From assembly GCF_009914755.1 (NCBI RefSeq), contig NC_060934.1: 64,000 nucleotides of DNA, one strand, 5' to 3'. The stretch comes from the human T2T-CHM13v2.0 reference genome, Homo sapiens. The notes below the pieces were generated by a model, which made no database searches, was not told the DNA's origin, and worked only from the letters and a program-made list of their open reading frames with translations. This document shows, in pieces, positions 29,263 through 43,570 of the stretch (its first letter is position 1; each line of letters begins with the position of its first letter). The position numbers and the translations under genes are program-made.

Positions 29263-29684
29263 GGCTCTGGCCTCTTTTTTTAAAACGCACTAGATTTTAT
29301 GGAAGTTTCCTGACACCGTAGCAGTCTCAAGACACCAGTGCCTGAGTCACTCCCTGTTCCTGACAGGGGCTACGGCTGCCCAAGGACAGACACTGGCCAC
29401 ATACCCCAGGGTTGCCCCATGAAGCCCCTGCAGGTTGCAGTCTTAGAGCTGACCGAGCTATCACATTCATGAGAAGAACCGCTGCTCAGAGTCACAGTAG
29501 TGGCCTTGCAGGAGGGAGCCTCTGTGGAATGAGGGCAGTTGCTGGAATTTGCCGGGTGCCGTCACCAGCTGCCCTAACACAGATGTTGTAAGAAGTACCT
29601 GGATCCTTCCACAGACGGGAGATCCAGGCAGGTCTTCCAAAGATCCCGACAGAAGGTGTCAGAGTGCTGCAAGCAGCTCCGAGC

Positions 29685-30273
29685 TGTACAGAGTAAAGCA
29701 GAGGTTCCTCTTCAAAGACTTTCCTCCCCGTCTAATTAGGAATAAATACTAACTTCTCTTAGAGGCAAAATTTATTCAAAGATCTGTGCTAACATTCTTA
29801 AATATTTGCTAGCCGTAATAAGGAAATCAATGTACGTTATGTTCTTAGCTCCCGCAATTTAGCCTAAATATTTGCCTTAGCATGCTTATACTGGTCCAAG
29901 CAAGCATTAGGTCATAGCCTGTTCCTCTTCCTTATTTGAAGGTGTTTTTACCTTTCTCAACATTCCACAAGTTACTTCCTCCTTCCTTTGTTCCCCTCTA
30001 CCTTTGCCTCTTTAAAAAAGTTCTAAGTTGCTAGCCAATCGGGACAAATAGAGAATGTGAGGTCCCTTTCCAGCCAACGGAAACTGGACACAGCGGTAGG
30101 GTGGACGTGTCAGGTTATAAATGACCCTGTGTCCTTTGTTGGGTGAACTCTCGTGGGAAAACTGCTGGAGAGTGTACCCTTTCTGCAGAAAGTAAAAATG
30201 GCCTTACTAAGTAAATTAAATTTATGTTCAAGTGCTATTTCTTTATGGCACCGGGGAACGAGCATTTCAAACA
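29685..30273 (+). mobile_element. Solo ERV1-class LTR (LTR10C-like), 589 bp
   Basis: Starts TG and ends CA; 4-bp TSD GAGC (29681-29684 and 30274-30277); CCAAT 30035-30039, TATAAA 30116-30121, ATTAAA 30215-30220. Subfamily name is from recall. Confidence 0.8.
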
Positions 30274-33200
30274 GAGCCAAGCGATTCACGGCTTCATCAG
30301 CCCCTGTGACCTGCAGGTGGCCTGGGAGGCAGGAGGAGCCTAAGCAGCCGGTGTGGCTCCCAGCCTCATGCACAATGATCCAGGAAGAAAGAGGAGACAA
30401 AACCACACAAACTCCAGAGGCCGGGGCGGGACAGGGAGTGACCCAACACAGCCGAACCTGAGGCCCCGCCTGCCTCCAAGGAAGCCCCACTTAATATCCC
30501 ACCGATCCCACCACCCTCAGAAAAGCTTCCTCTTAAATGCGGCCTGCTCCCCAATTAAGTGGCCGCTTTCTGCAATCCAGCATGACCCGATCCCCACTGG
30601 CTGAGCTCAGCAGACCTGATTTCTAGAAAGCCAGACACAGAATCAGAACTAAGGCCTGCTAACAGTGTTATTTCAGAGGCTTGGGTTTCTACAACATAAA
30701 ACTGAAAATCGTGACAGGGCCAAGCTGGGGGCCAGATTCTGATGCTGGGACGTACGCAAGTGCCTCTCAGACACTTGGCGTTAGACTTGTAAACACAGCT
30801 GCCTCAGTGGGTCTACAGGCCAGCCCAGCACACAGGGCTGTGGAGCTCTGAGTGGGGGAAGGCGGTCTGTGGGAGCCTCGTGTTGTCAAGGTAAGAGATG
30901 TCTCCCTTGCTTTGTAAACATGTTTAACCATGTTATAAAAGCTGTTCTAAACCGTCAGACGTGGGATCTAAACAACAACAAATGTTCTGCAGTTGGCTGA
31001 TCTGGAAAGTGAGCAAGCCACGGTGACTCCCCCTCCTTGTGTCCCCAGCAGCCGGGAAGGTGCCTGTTCCCACGGCAGCTGCAGAGAAGACTGCGGGCAA
31101 CAGGCATCTCCCCTCTGCCTTTCACGAGAAGGACCACAGGAGCAGGGTGCTGATGAGCGGGTGGCTCCGGGAGCAGCTTCAAGGCATAATTTGGAAGAAA
31201 ATCTGTGTTGCTAAGAGTGGCACTATTTTAAGGTTAAAAAAAAAAAAAAAAAAAAAAAGCAACTGCTATTGGAAATCTCAGCTTTGTTTCTACGTTGTTA
31301 TCTGCTTTTTCATTTGGCAAATGGGCTTTCTCTCTGTGTTGCTTCTGGGAAGCTCTCCCAATGCTGCGTCCACTTCTTTGCCCAGCTTCCCAGAGGCTGC
31401 GATTTCATTTTACAGTCTCAGTAATGTATAGGTAGTATGTGCTCCCCCAGAATGGAGAACCCAATCCTTGAGTTTTAAGTATCACCTGACACGCCCAACA
31501 GATTCCCTGGCTCATGTGCACACTCCTCCTCCCACCATGCAATGCAAATGCGCAACCCTTATCTCTCTTTCTGCATTCATGGCAGACATCACTAATCGAT
31601 CCCCACATTCTTCCTGAAGCCAGGACCTCAGCCCTGGAGTGGCATCACACACACCAAGCTGTTGAAGACCTGGCCCAGCTGAAAATGATTTAACTCAACC
31701 TTGGACAAGGACTGGCCTGAACCAGGCACTGGAAGACAGCATGAGGAGAGAATGAGAGAGCAGCGTGGTACAAAATGAGTGCCGGGGAATTTAAAGCATG
31801 AAGCACACCTTCTAAACTTAGAAAGCGGTGATGGCTGTGCCATCACCGTGTACATCCTTAGCAGCTATAGGGATTATCCTTATTTTTCCTCCAGTGAGGT
31901 ACAACCAGGTAGGAAAAAGCTCACAATCTGCAGCATATTCAGCCAGCCCACTCCTCACACTAAAAACGCCAGGATCTTAATCTTCCAAAGTTGGGCTCTT
32001 ACTTGTGAACAATTTAAAAGGGTTTATGGCAAAGGTTTCATGTGAATTATCCCTCAAGTTCCCCCTGCCTTTCTGTAAGGAGGGAAAAAATCGAGTGTTG
32101 GGAAATCTAGCTTCACCAAGGCCTCTGAGCACCCAGGGGCTGTGCTGTTTGGGGTGCCCCACACCAAGTGGGCTCCCCAGAAGGCTGGATGTGCCCCATG
32201 GGGAACCTAGTTTTAAGCTACTCCTCGGCTTCTGAGTTTGGCATTCTCTGCAAAGTCAGCTGGAGGTTTGGTGAAGAAATGGCCACAGGAACACCCTGAT
32301 AAATAGATTTGCTTCTTAAATAAAACATGTATCTGAATGAGTCACGATGTGACACATGAGAGGCTCCCAGGTAATCTCCCTTGTAGCTCAGGTGACAGCT
32401 GGACACAGAGCTGGCGAGGCAGGAGGCTCCAGGTACCCCTGTCTTTATCCAGCCAGTCAGGTGCAGTCTGATGCTCCCCAGAGCCTGGGCCATGTTCTCA
32501 GGCCCCCAAAAGCTTTCTGGGTGATCATGTTAATAACGAAGAGCATGTGTGGTATCTTCCAGGGTTGGAAAGAGATGTCCAGACCCACACCATCAAGTTC
32601 AGAAAAAACACAAAATACAAACCCCCCTGAAAACGAAGCTCATCTGCAACCCTAGAAAGACAAGCACGTGCAGTCACTTCAACGGGTTCCTCAGAGCCCC
32701 TGGGGAAGCTGCAGCCCGCACCCTGCAGTGTCCGCGCTATGCGGAACGGAGGAGCACAGCGGGCCCAGAACACAGGAAAGTGACAGCTATTTCCCGGTTT
32801 GTAATGGAGTTTAAAATAAAAACAAAACCAAGAGTGATGTTAGGTGCTTGAAAGTGTTTTTAGGCACTGGTGGCTTTTTGGAAGCCCAGACACCGTCCTG
32901 TTGGCTGCCTCTGGTGTTGAGTGTTCAGGCTCCGTCACCTTCACCTAACCCCGGGTGCAGCTCATGTTCTGGGGTGAATTTTTGCCCTGAGGGAGCAGGT
33001 GCCATCCACCCGGGGCAGATCCAACAACCCCACCCAGCCTGTGTGAATGCAGACACTGCTGACTCACTGGGCCTGAAAGATCCGTGAAGGGACATCACCA
33101 AAAACGGCGCCTTAGAAGGCATTCCCACAGCGAAGCAGCCAAGGACGTGAGGCTCTGCTTCTATTTCTGGTGAGACGCGCTACGTGTGCGAGATTTCCCC

Positions 33201-33626
33201 AGTGGCCCAGCCTCACATGGGTGGTCCCTGGGCTCCGGGAGGGAGGACAGGATGTGGGGGATAGAAGCCGGAGCAACATCCAAGCCTGAGGAGCAAGGAA
33301 TAAGGATTGTGGCTCCCACTGGGTGAGGCTCTGCGACATACCCTCCTGCTTCCCAACACGGGGACGGTCCCTGCAGGGACGGGTGGTCAGGATCTCATGC
33401 ACAGGATAGGGACACTCTCAGCCACCACTGTGGCTGGGGACACACATCGTCTGAGTCCCCTGTCCAATAAACAGTTCTGGTGGAATCTTCCAGGAGGACT
33501 GCTTGTTCTCTTCCTGCCGGCACGCCAAGGTCAGATGCGCCCTGGGGTTCTCACTCCCCCACCTGCCTGTGCCTCTGCATACCCCACTCGTGTGGCCGAT
33601 CCTCCAAGCCTCTGTGGAAGAGATGA

Positions 33627-33941
<315 letters not shown>

Positions 33942-34654
33942 CTATCTGTTCACCCTGGTGAACTCAGTCGTCAAAACCAGGACTGGCTGGTCCACCTAAC
34001 TCATTCCTCCTTGGGAGGTGCCCACCTCGCCTCTCCAAGCTGCCAGCCAGCAGCAAAGAATGCTATGACTATGGCGATGGGCCTTCTGTCTCGAGGGTGG
34101 CAGCTGCCAGCATGTGGTTCCAGCCCACAGCTCCTAAACTATGAGATTCTCAGTTCAAAGGCCCAAGCTCCGAGTTGTGAGGTGGTCTGGAGCCTGTTGG
34201 AAAGACCACCAAGAATGCCCACCATCTGCTCAGCCTCACCTGTAATGAAAACCAGCTGCCTGTAGCCAAGGGGCCGCCTGGGATACCCCTACTTTACATA
34301 TCCCATGTGGGCAGGGTGCATTCTGTGCCACAGTAATTAGACACAGACTAGACTTTCCCAGGATGTGCCTGGAAGCTGGGGAAATACCTGAGACTGGAAA
34401 CGCCCGAAGTTGTAAAATAGTCTCGTGCGGGCACCGCTGCCGTCAGCCTCTTTTACTTAATTGGTTTTCAATACTTTATTGCAGCAATAAAATCACCTAT
34501 GCACCAAGAACCCAAACACACAGGGAGTCAAGTTTCTGGTAACAAAGGGATGGTAAACAGTTAGCTCCTTATACCATATGCTGAGCATCATGACCATGGA
34601 ATACAGCCTGTCCCATTTAGAAGGATGGTCACGGCCACTTCTCTTGCACCCTCC

Positions 34655-34790
34655 ACACAACCCTGTGCCGTAGGCGCTGCTGTTTCCCCAGCAGGTAACG
34701 GAGGCGGGGGGAACTTGCCCGGGGTCACACAGCAAGTAAGTGATGGAGTCAGGACTCAAACTCAGGTCTCTCTGACACCAGAGACCAAGC
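34655..34790 (+). mobile_element. MIR fragment
   Basis: acaaccctgtg...aacttgcccggggtcacacagcaagtaagtgatggagtcaggactcaaactcaggtctctctgac. Confidence 0.7.
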
Positions 34791-35279
34791 ATGCAACCCC
34801 AGGGTCCACCGCAGTGCAAACCACCTGCTGGATTGGTTCAACTCAACAAGCTCTGGACACTGGAAAGACAGACATCATCAGGCCTGGCCCTAGGAAACAG
34901 ACAGGTGATCTTGCCTCGGCAGGCTGAGGTAGGTCTTAAAGTTCTCTCTCTTTTACTGCAGGAATGTGATTGTTCGATCTATCAACCAGGCACACAAAAT
35001 CAAGAACCAAGGGCCTGAGGCTTCTCACGTGAGGCATGCGCTCTTCCCACCCGGGTGTCTCTCTAGATCTTGCAGCCTAAAAGAGACGTCATCATGGTAA
35101 CTGTTATCAGAACGGCGGAGAACAGAAGGGCACATCCAAGCAAGACCGAGACGCCACAGGATAGTAACACGTGTGTGCTGGCCCCACTCCCCAAGCTGGA
35201 TGCAGGGACACACGGTCCTCCTCACGGTGTCCTATTGGCCCAGCAGGCATTCATGGCCCCGGTGATAAGAAACCTTGTC

Positions 35280-35475
35280 CTAACCTGGACGACACAGTGA
35301 AATCCCATCTCTACAAAATTTACTGGGCGTGGTGCCACGTGCCTGTAGTCCCAGCTACTTAGGAGGCTGAGGCAGGTGGATCCCTTGAGCCCAGGAGTTC
35401 AAGGCTGCAGTGAGCTATGAGTGTGCCACTGCACTTCAGCCTGGGTGACAGAGTGAGACTTGGCTCTAAAAAATT
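35280..35475 (+). mobile_element. Partial AluJ/FRAM
   Basis: gcctgtagtcccagctacttaggaggctgaggcaggtggatcccttgagcccaggagttcaaggctgcagtgagc. Confidence 0.85.
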
Positions 35476-38400
35476 AACTGAAAAAACAAACACCTGATCC
35501 AAGAAATGGATCTATGTCAACTTGGCCCTTAACACTGGCCTCTAAGAGGGTTAATGCAAGATTCAATGCACACGAGGTTGACCTTCCTTACGGGGAGCAA
35601 CCTCTTGGCGGCCTCCTGGCAAATGGCCCAAATGCCCTGTGCCTCAGATGCCTGAGCCCGTAGGCCTCTGGCCAGGCAGAACTTGCCGAGACGGGAACAC
35701 CAGCCCTCCAGAAAGCACTGACTTGGAAGGAAGCACTTCCCCTAAAGTCTCGGGAAGAATGAGTTTGGGGAGCTGAGTTTCACCCAGTTCTGAGCCGTGG
35801 TGGACAAGACCAGTGACCACGGCTGCTCAGAATCCAGGCTCTCCAGGTTGAGCCACCAGCAGCCGCCTTGGCCGGCAGGGACGCCCTTCTGTCCTTTTCA
35901 GCAATAACCAGAGAGAAGGGCCAATCATCAGATCTCACCTCCAAGCGAATAAAAACCAAGAAAAGTGAGCGTTCGTCAACCCAAGCTCCCCGTACCAGGC
36001 AGTTTTCCTAGAAGATACTCTGCGGTGTGGAGGATGTTTACCAGCTACCACACATCTGCTTCCTTGGGTAGAGGAAAAAAATGTGCTCCACGTTCCTCGA
36101 CATTAGGTCTGAGTGACCGGAGCCCGAGGGAGCTTCATAGCGCAGTAATGGGGAAACCTGCGTGGTCAGTCCCGCTGTGATTGTTTGGAGACTCACTTCT
36201 CAGGCAGCGGATTCACGCTGCTGGACAACCAGCCAGTGAGGTGGGAAAACCCGCTTGCCAGCAAGTGACCAACACAAAAGAAAAAACTAGTCATCCCCAC
36301 CCAAGCAAGGCCATTAGCTTCTCTTCGAGTCCTGCACTGTCCCCAGAAGAGCCATGGCCCAGATGGAAAAGAAGCACTGCTGGTTTTCATATCAATGCAA
36401 AAAATCAGTGACAACCCCACAGGCCACAAGCAGGAAACGTGACGTCTGTTTTTGAAACAGAGCCTTTGCTGTGCGGTCCCTGGTGTGGCCTGGCCATCCT
36501 CCCCTGCCTCGCTGGGGCCACAGCCGGGCTCCCAGGGCTCCCTCCGTCCACTCCCGGTCTTGCAGTTGGGAGGGCGTCCCGGAAGCCCATGCAGCCCAAA
36601 CCCTAGAGGACTCCCTCTGGCTCGAGGCTGAGGAGGGATGGGCTGGCCTCAGTGCTCCCCGAAGCACTTCCAAGAAGGCGCCTCGCCCGCCCGCTGTGTG
36701 GATACCGCTGGTGGAGGTGTTGGGTGAACAGCTCTCAAGTTCTAAAAATGTGCCCCTGACAACAACAGAAGGGGATGTTTGAGAAAAATAAGGGAAAATA
36801 GAGAAGAGAAAAGTACGAATTGTTGCCAGAGGAATCTGGCAGAGCGGCCAGCTGCTGCACACTCACTCGCCGGCCGCACAAGAGGCTGGGTGCTGGGCTG
36901 GCAGCGTGTCCAGTGTGGACACACACGGGGCTGGGTGAGATTCTGCAGGAATCTAAAAAGGCCACAGGCAACCCAGAGATGGATGGCTCAGTCTGACTTC
37001 TCACTGTGTGAAAGTTTGAGAACGCCTACTGTGCGCTGGGTACCCGGATCCCTGCACCTCACAAAAAGGCTCTGGCACCACCCGGGGTGACGGGGAAGGG
37101 GATGGTCAGGGTGCAGTGAGACTGGGGTCTGGGACCCTTTGGTGGGTCCCGATCAGGCTGAGGAAGGCCATGAGGCCCCGCCCACCCTTCCCAGTGCCCC
37201 AAGGGACTTTTCCTCCAAGGTACAGGAAGTAGCAGCAACCAGGAGGGCAAACGCCCTGGATGTTCCATGAACCTGCAGCGAGCCGAGTGCCACTGCCAAG
37301 TTCCAGGGGCCACCACTGAGTCACTGCCCGAGGGGATGGCTGCCCATGAGTGCCGGGACCAGGAGCCCTCTGGATGGCCGCCCTGGCTGCTGGCTTGTCC
37401 CTTGGAATCAGATGGACCAATTCCACCAGTGTTCCAGAGAAATGAACAACACGTCCTCCCGCAAAAGGACCCTGAGTAGCCTGTAGCCTGGCAGACCCAG
37501 TCTTAATTTTCTCACCTTATTTCCCAGGGTGAATGTCCACAAAAGCAAAATAACACCCTCCTCCTTAGCTATGGCAGCCAAGGCTGAGATGGGAGAGGGA
37601 GAAGCCTCATGCTTGCAGCACACTCTCGTTTTTCGAGTGGTCCTAAAACCCAAGAGGAAAGTGATCCGCGAGGACTGCTGTCCGGCAGGCCAAGGGCCAA
37701 GAGCGCTGCGCCCAGGCCCAGCTCACAGCCAGGAAGTGAACATTCTCAGCACAACAGCTGGCTGGATGCCGCCTCCACTCTTCTTTCTTCTCTAACTTTT
37801 TCTTAAAATCTAGTAACTTCTACAGCATCCCAGGCTCAGAGCCCAGTTTACAGGAAAACACTAGAACCCATCACAAAGGCATATTTATTCCTTCATATAA
37901 AAAGCATCTAATAGGCAAATCCCCAGTGGGGAAACGTGTTGGGTTGAGAGGCCAGAGGTCAGCTCTAAGCACTGTGGATGGAAGGGGAATGGACTGGCCT
38001 GCGCTGGGCAGTTGGTGCCAACATTCAGTTCCGCAGGCAGAGCTTCCTTCCACCACGAAAAATCCCTTAATGCAATCCCTTAATGAGGCAGGGCCAGAAG
38101 AGGAGGTAGGAACCCCGGGGGAAGTCAGCGCCAAAGAACAGCTGACTGTATCCAGCCAAAGTGCAAGAAGAGCTTAACAACTTCAACCAGGATGAGGCCC
38201 TGGTGAAATCAGAAGGTGACACGCAGGAGGCTGTCGACGGGTAGCGGAGGAAGGTGCAGGCTGAGGAGCAGGGAGGTAATGCCAGAAAGCAAACTGCAAA
38301 CCAGCGCTGATGCCGCTTCTTTGGAGAGGCGATAAAGGCAGGAGAAACTCACCTCTGCTTCTGAGCAACGGGTTCATCGGTCCCATCTTACATGCAGTGT

Positions 38401-39158
38401 GATTCTTCTATGTGATCAGTTTCCCTCTTTCTTTGGTTGCTAGGAAGCTCAGAGCAGAATTCCCACCTATCCTTGTGTACAGGATTGCACGGGATGCTGT
38501 GTTCCGGCCCTACCACCCTCCCTCACCTTTTCCTACATTTACTTTTCCATTTATTAAAACTTTACCCTTGTGTGTGTTACAGCTGTTCCCAACAGCCAGC
38601 TTAAATCCTCTTATGACCAAAGAACATTTTACATTCCATTTAATCACACAAAAGAATGGCATTTGCTCTTCACTGGGAGAATTAATTCCCTGAACTCTCC
38701 CAGGCAGCAGCATGATCCAGGGCAAGGAGTTTGGCCCCACAGTCGGAGCAGCTCAGATGCAGCATGGTCTTGAGGGCAGCAGCTGGAGCCAGGCAAACAC
38801 CAGCAGGTGCTCGTGGAGCCAGCTGGGGACCCTGAGCTTGCCATGCACACAGCTCCGGTGTGATGCGGTTCTCAGAGCCGTGGGGGGCAGGTAGGGTGGG
38901 CACCATCACCCCAGTGTTACCCATGGGAAGCGAGCCTCAGAGCCCATCATGATGACTGCTGCTCCAGAGCCCGTCATGACTCTTGCTCCAGAGCCCAGCC
39001 ACTTTGTCCTGTTTCCTCTTGCTGACACAGACCTTGGCTTCCAGCTCGGACTGGTGTCTCCTCCCCAAGTGTATACCATTGTTGATTTTCCCTTGCTGTG
39101 CTAATGCACCGTGCCTGAGGATCATCATGGCATGGGCCACCCCCTGCTGTGGGACTCA

Positions 39159-39610
<452 letters not shown>

Positions 39611-40629
39611 CTCCACAATAGTGACAATTACTAATATTTACTGAACTCAGTCAGGGCCCTAGATTCTCTCAAGGCTGGTTTCCCCTACCTCGGCCCTGGC
39701 AAAGGGGCAAGAGGCACATTCCATGGGCCACCTGGGGTAGGTGCACCCCACCAGCCCTGCGGAGGCACCGTGTTCATATCTAGCTGGTATTGCAGGACGC
39801 GCTCCCCGCCAACGCCACTGGCATCCCACACAACTGCATTGGGGGACCAGGAATCAGGGTTCCTACTCTTGCCCCTTCTGGTGAAGCACACCCAGGGTGC
39901 TAACTCAGCCACAGGCTGCCCCATGTCCCATTGACATTTGCAAACCCTCCTGGGATGAATTTCTCCATGGCTCTCAGGAGAACATGTCCCAGGGGGCCGC
40001 CCACTCTGTCAGTGGGGACGGGTGTTTCTAGGTTGGATTTTTTGCTCTCCTAACAATTTGGCAAAAGTTGTTTTATTCACATGCTGAAAGCTGCTGTTGG
40101 GCTAAATTTAACTACAGTGTACCTTCCTGTTCCTTCAGCAGTTCCTCCCTCCCACTGGAGGGGGCAAGAAAAGTGAACGAAGGCTAGTTTTTTTATCCTT
40201 TATGTAAAAAACAACTAGAAAGCCCTTTGTTGAAGCCAGCCTCAGAGTGGGAAACACACACCTGACAACTGCACGTTTAATCACACTCGTTTCTACATCG
40301 CTAACGTGGGCTAATTAGTTATGGATTACAAGTACTATTTCTCTTTCATAAACTTACCAAAAAAACCTCTCCCACGTATGAGCAAGGAATCTGTGAAAAA
40401 GCTTTAGAATTCTGGCTTCGTATGTTCTTGGGGGTAAATAAATTTGTGCCAAACACCTGAAAAGCTTTCCTGTTAATATATGTTGGCTTTCTCACTTAAA
40501 AAAAAAAACCACGTCTTTCTTCCTTAGAATGTTAGTTTCCAAATGCAAGAAGTCTGGCGTGAAGCTCTAATTTTGCTCTACCCAGCCCAGCTCTCCACAG
40601 CTCAGCTTCTGCAAAGCACAAAGCAAACA

Positions 40630-40925
40630 CTGGGACAACTGGCTGAATGGGACCCCTACCTCACACCATATGCAGAACTTTACTCAAAGCAGATCAAGAC
40701 CTCAATGTCAGAGCTAAAACTAACATTCCTGGAGGACAACATAAGAATATATCTTCATGACCCTCGATTAAGCAATGGTTTCTTAGATGTCACACCAACG
40801 GCATAAGCAAATACGTAAGACTCCAAATTAAAACTTTCATGCTTCAAGGACACTATCAAGAAATTGAAAAAACAACCACAGAATGGGGGAGAACTATTTC
40901 CAAACTGTGTGCCTGACACCAAAAA
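40630..40925 (+). mobile_element. Degraded L1 ORF2 fragment
   Basis: ggacccctacctcacaccatatgca...aatatcttcatgacc...tttcttagat...caaggacactatcaagaaa...cacagaatgggggaga. Confidence 0.75.
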
Positions 40926-43451
40926 GCCTGGGCCCCATGACCCAGGAAGACCCTCAACTCAAGCACTGAGGTTGACAGAGCTGAAATGTGACTTGTGGAG
41001 CCCCAGGATGGACACTGGACACTCAAGAGCAAAGGCCACATTTGAAAGTAGAGTTAAAGCAAAATAGCGTAGGGGCCCATTGGTTGTTTTTATGGCCAGG
41101 TGAACATGGGGCCACTCACCTGGTCTGTGGAATCTGCTCAGGTACTTATGCCCTTGGCTCCGCAAACCTTCCAGGAAAATAGGAACCATACCTTGGCCAA
41201 GATCAACAGCTTTTAAAGATTTCAGAGGAGCAACAAACCCTGGAGGGGTTTAGGAGGCCCTGAGCTTGGCCATGCACAGAGTTCCAGGTGTGATGTGGTT
41301 CTCACAGCACTGGGTGGGGGTTGGGGGGATGGGATGGGGACAGCACAGCCACACAAAACTATTATCTAGAAACTGAAGCTATGGCCCCATGACCTGCTTC
41401 CTGGAAAGCAGAGGGTCCGCTGGCCAAGACCTCCCTACTCCATGTGGAACTGCTTTCTAAACCAGGAAGACAGAACGCCCCTGTAGACATGAGGAGGTCA
41501 GTCAACGCGGGCCTTGTGGAGACAGACAGAAGAGGGTCTGGTGACTGGAACGCGGGCAGAGCTGGCCAAGGTCCCAGCAGCAGTCTTGGCTGACATGGCC
41601 TCCCATGAAAACACGGGTCAATCCCTTTAAACCAACAGCAAGCGCCGACCTCATTCACCACCTGCTCTGAGTCCTGCACCACGCCCGGCAGAAATCATTT
41701 GTCGACCTCTTCCCCCTTGGAGCTCTCCAGATGCGGCGAGGAGCCCAGCCTGTTACGCACAAGGCCTGAGACTCACGACCCCAGCCAGCTGACACCAAGC
41801 ATCCACGTTACTCTCTGGCCAGACTCCTGGTCAGATCACCCACCCACCAGTGTGGAGGGGGTCTGCGCTGTCGAGGGGGACACACTCTATGCAAGGTGGG
41901 CTTACAGAAATTCCCAGATACTCACTTTTGAAAAAAGGCCCACTAAGCTTTAACAAGACAGAGGCCTAGGAGAGCAGTCTTTGCACAAAACTGAGGACCA
42001 CAGCAGGGCCTTCTTCAGCAGCTTGGCCGCTGTCTAGTTGTCCCGGCATGGCTCACCCCACGTCCTCCATGGACAGAATGAAATCCACACCCACGGGGTC
42101 AGAGGAAGTGCTGTGAAGGCGGCAGAGCTGGGGGACAAGTTTGGCCCCTGAGACCCCGAGGGCCTCAGTAGTCCAGTGTGAGAAGAGGCCAAGGGTCAAC
42201 CACGACAAGAAAAGCGCCATTCCCCGCTGAGGCCAGGCAGCTCCAACCTCAACACACAAGCCCTCTCTTCCTTCTCTGCTCACTGCTCTCCCAGAAGCAG
42301 AGGAAACAGGTTCAAGACCTACCCCCTTTGACAGACATGGAAATAGAAGCACAGAGAACTCAACATACTTGCCCAAACACAAAGCAGGTGGCACTCCTTC
42401 GGGCCACGCATTCAACTACTTTATGCTCCTGGGCTGAAATCATATTCCTGGGGTCTACGGCACGTCCAGGAGCCTGAAAGGGGACCAAGAAACCCAGTCT
42501 AGCCTAGCAGAATGAGCTCCATGAACAAAGGGTGAGGCCAGGTTCAGGCACTCGCTGAGTTCAGTCTGGTAAGGGGGCACAACCAAGATGCGAATACTTC
42601 AGGGCAGCAACGGGCGGGAGGGATGATCACTGCTGTTCTGCCATGAAGGCGGAGGGTGATCTGGCGAGGTCACAAGAAGGGCTGGGAGTCTCAGGAGGTC
42701 AGGCATCAGTCACAACCAGGGCCTCAGAGGCACAGAGGCCAGTAGCAGGTGACTTGCCCAGGGGCACACTGAATGCAGGGAACACCGGGCCATGAAACCC
42801 AATGACTGATCAAGTACAAAAGCCAAACGGAAGGCCCGCAGAGCTCACTGATGTCGGGTGTGTTCAATGTTTTGCTAGAAAAGGCTGAGCTGTCAGCACC
42901 TGGGAACCGTTCAGCTGCTCTTGGATTTGGAAGGGAGGCCATGCCGAGGTTCTTGCTCTACCAGGCTGGGGTAGGGGCAGAGTCCTGGCTATGTGGCTCC
43001 ACAATGCTGGAATGTTTTTACTACGCAGGCATAGATTACTCTGCAAGAAAAGAGACGCCACAGGGAGTCTCAAAACACCAGTCAGGCCCTTAGCTGCCCT
43101 TGCACACAACAGCTCACGCACACACTTCCATCTGCCCCACGCCGGCCTGGGCGGTGGCCTCTCCCCTGGCCCCAGTCTGGCTGCGGTGCTGAGCTCTGCC
43201 CTTCTCCTGCTTCCCTGCCGGTGCACACACATGCGCTGTAGGGACGCTCTTCCAAGCATAGGAGTGGCCAAGAAGCCCTGGAGCTCCAGGTGCTCCACAG
43301 GCCCCATCTTGGTGCCTGCTATACATAGTCACAGTTAACTGTCCTTTTATGAATTGCCTTTCCTGGCCCCCAGACCAGAGAGCACCTAAACACAAGCCTT
43401 GGGTCTTGCCCACCTGGGAGCCCCAAACATCTGGCCACAGGCCTGGCACAT

Positions 43452-43570
43452 AGCAGGGGACAGGTCAATGAGGAAGGATGGAAAGAAGGAAGAACAGCAG
43501 GGGGACAGGTCAATGAGGAAGGAAGGAAGGAACAGCAGGGGACAGGTCAATGAGGAAGGAAGGAAGAAGT
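43452..43570. repeat. Purine-rich tandem repeat, 3 units of agcaggggacaggtcaatgaggaagga-(aagg)n
   Basis: Seen directly; starts at an L2-3'-end-like gcctggcacatag. Confidence 0.85.
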
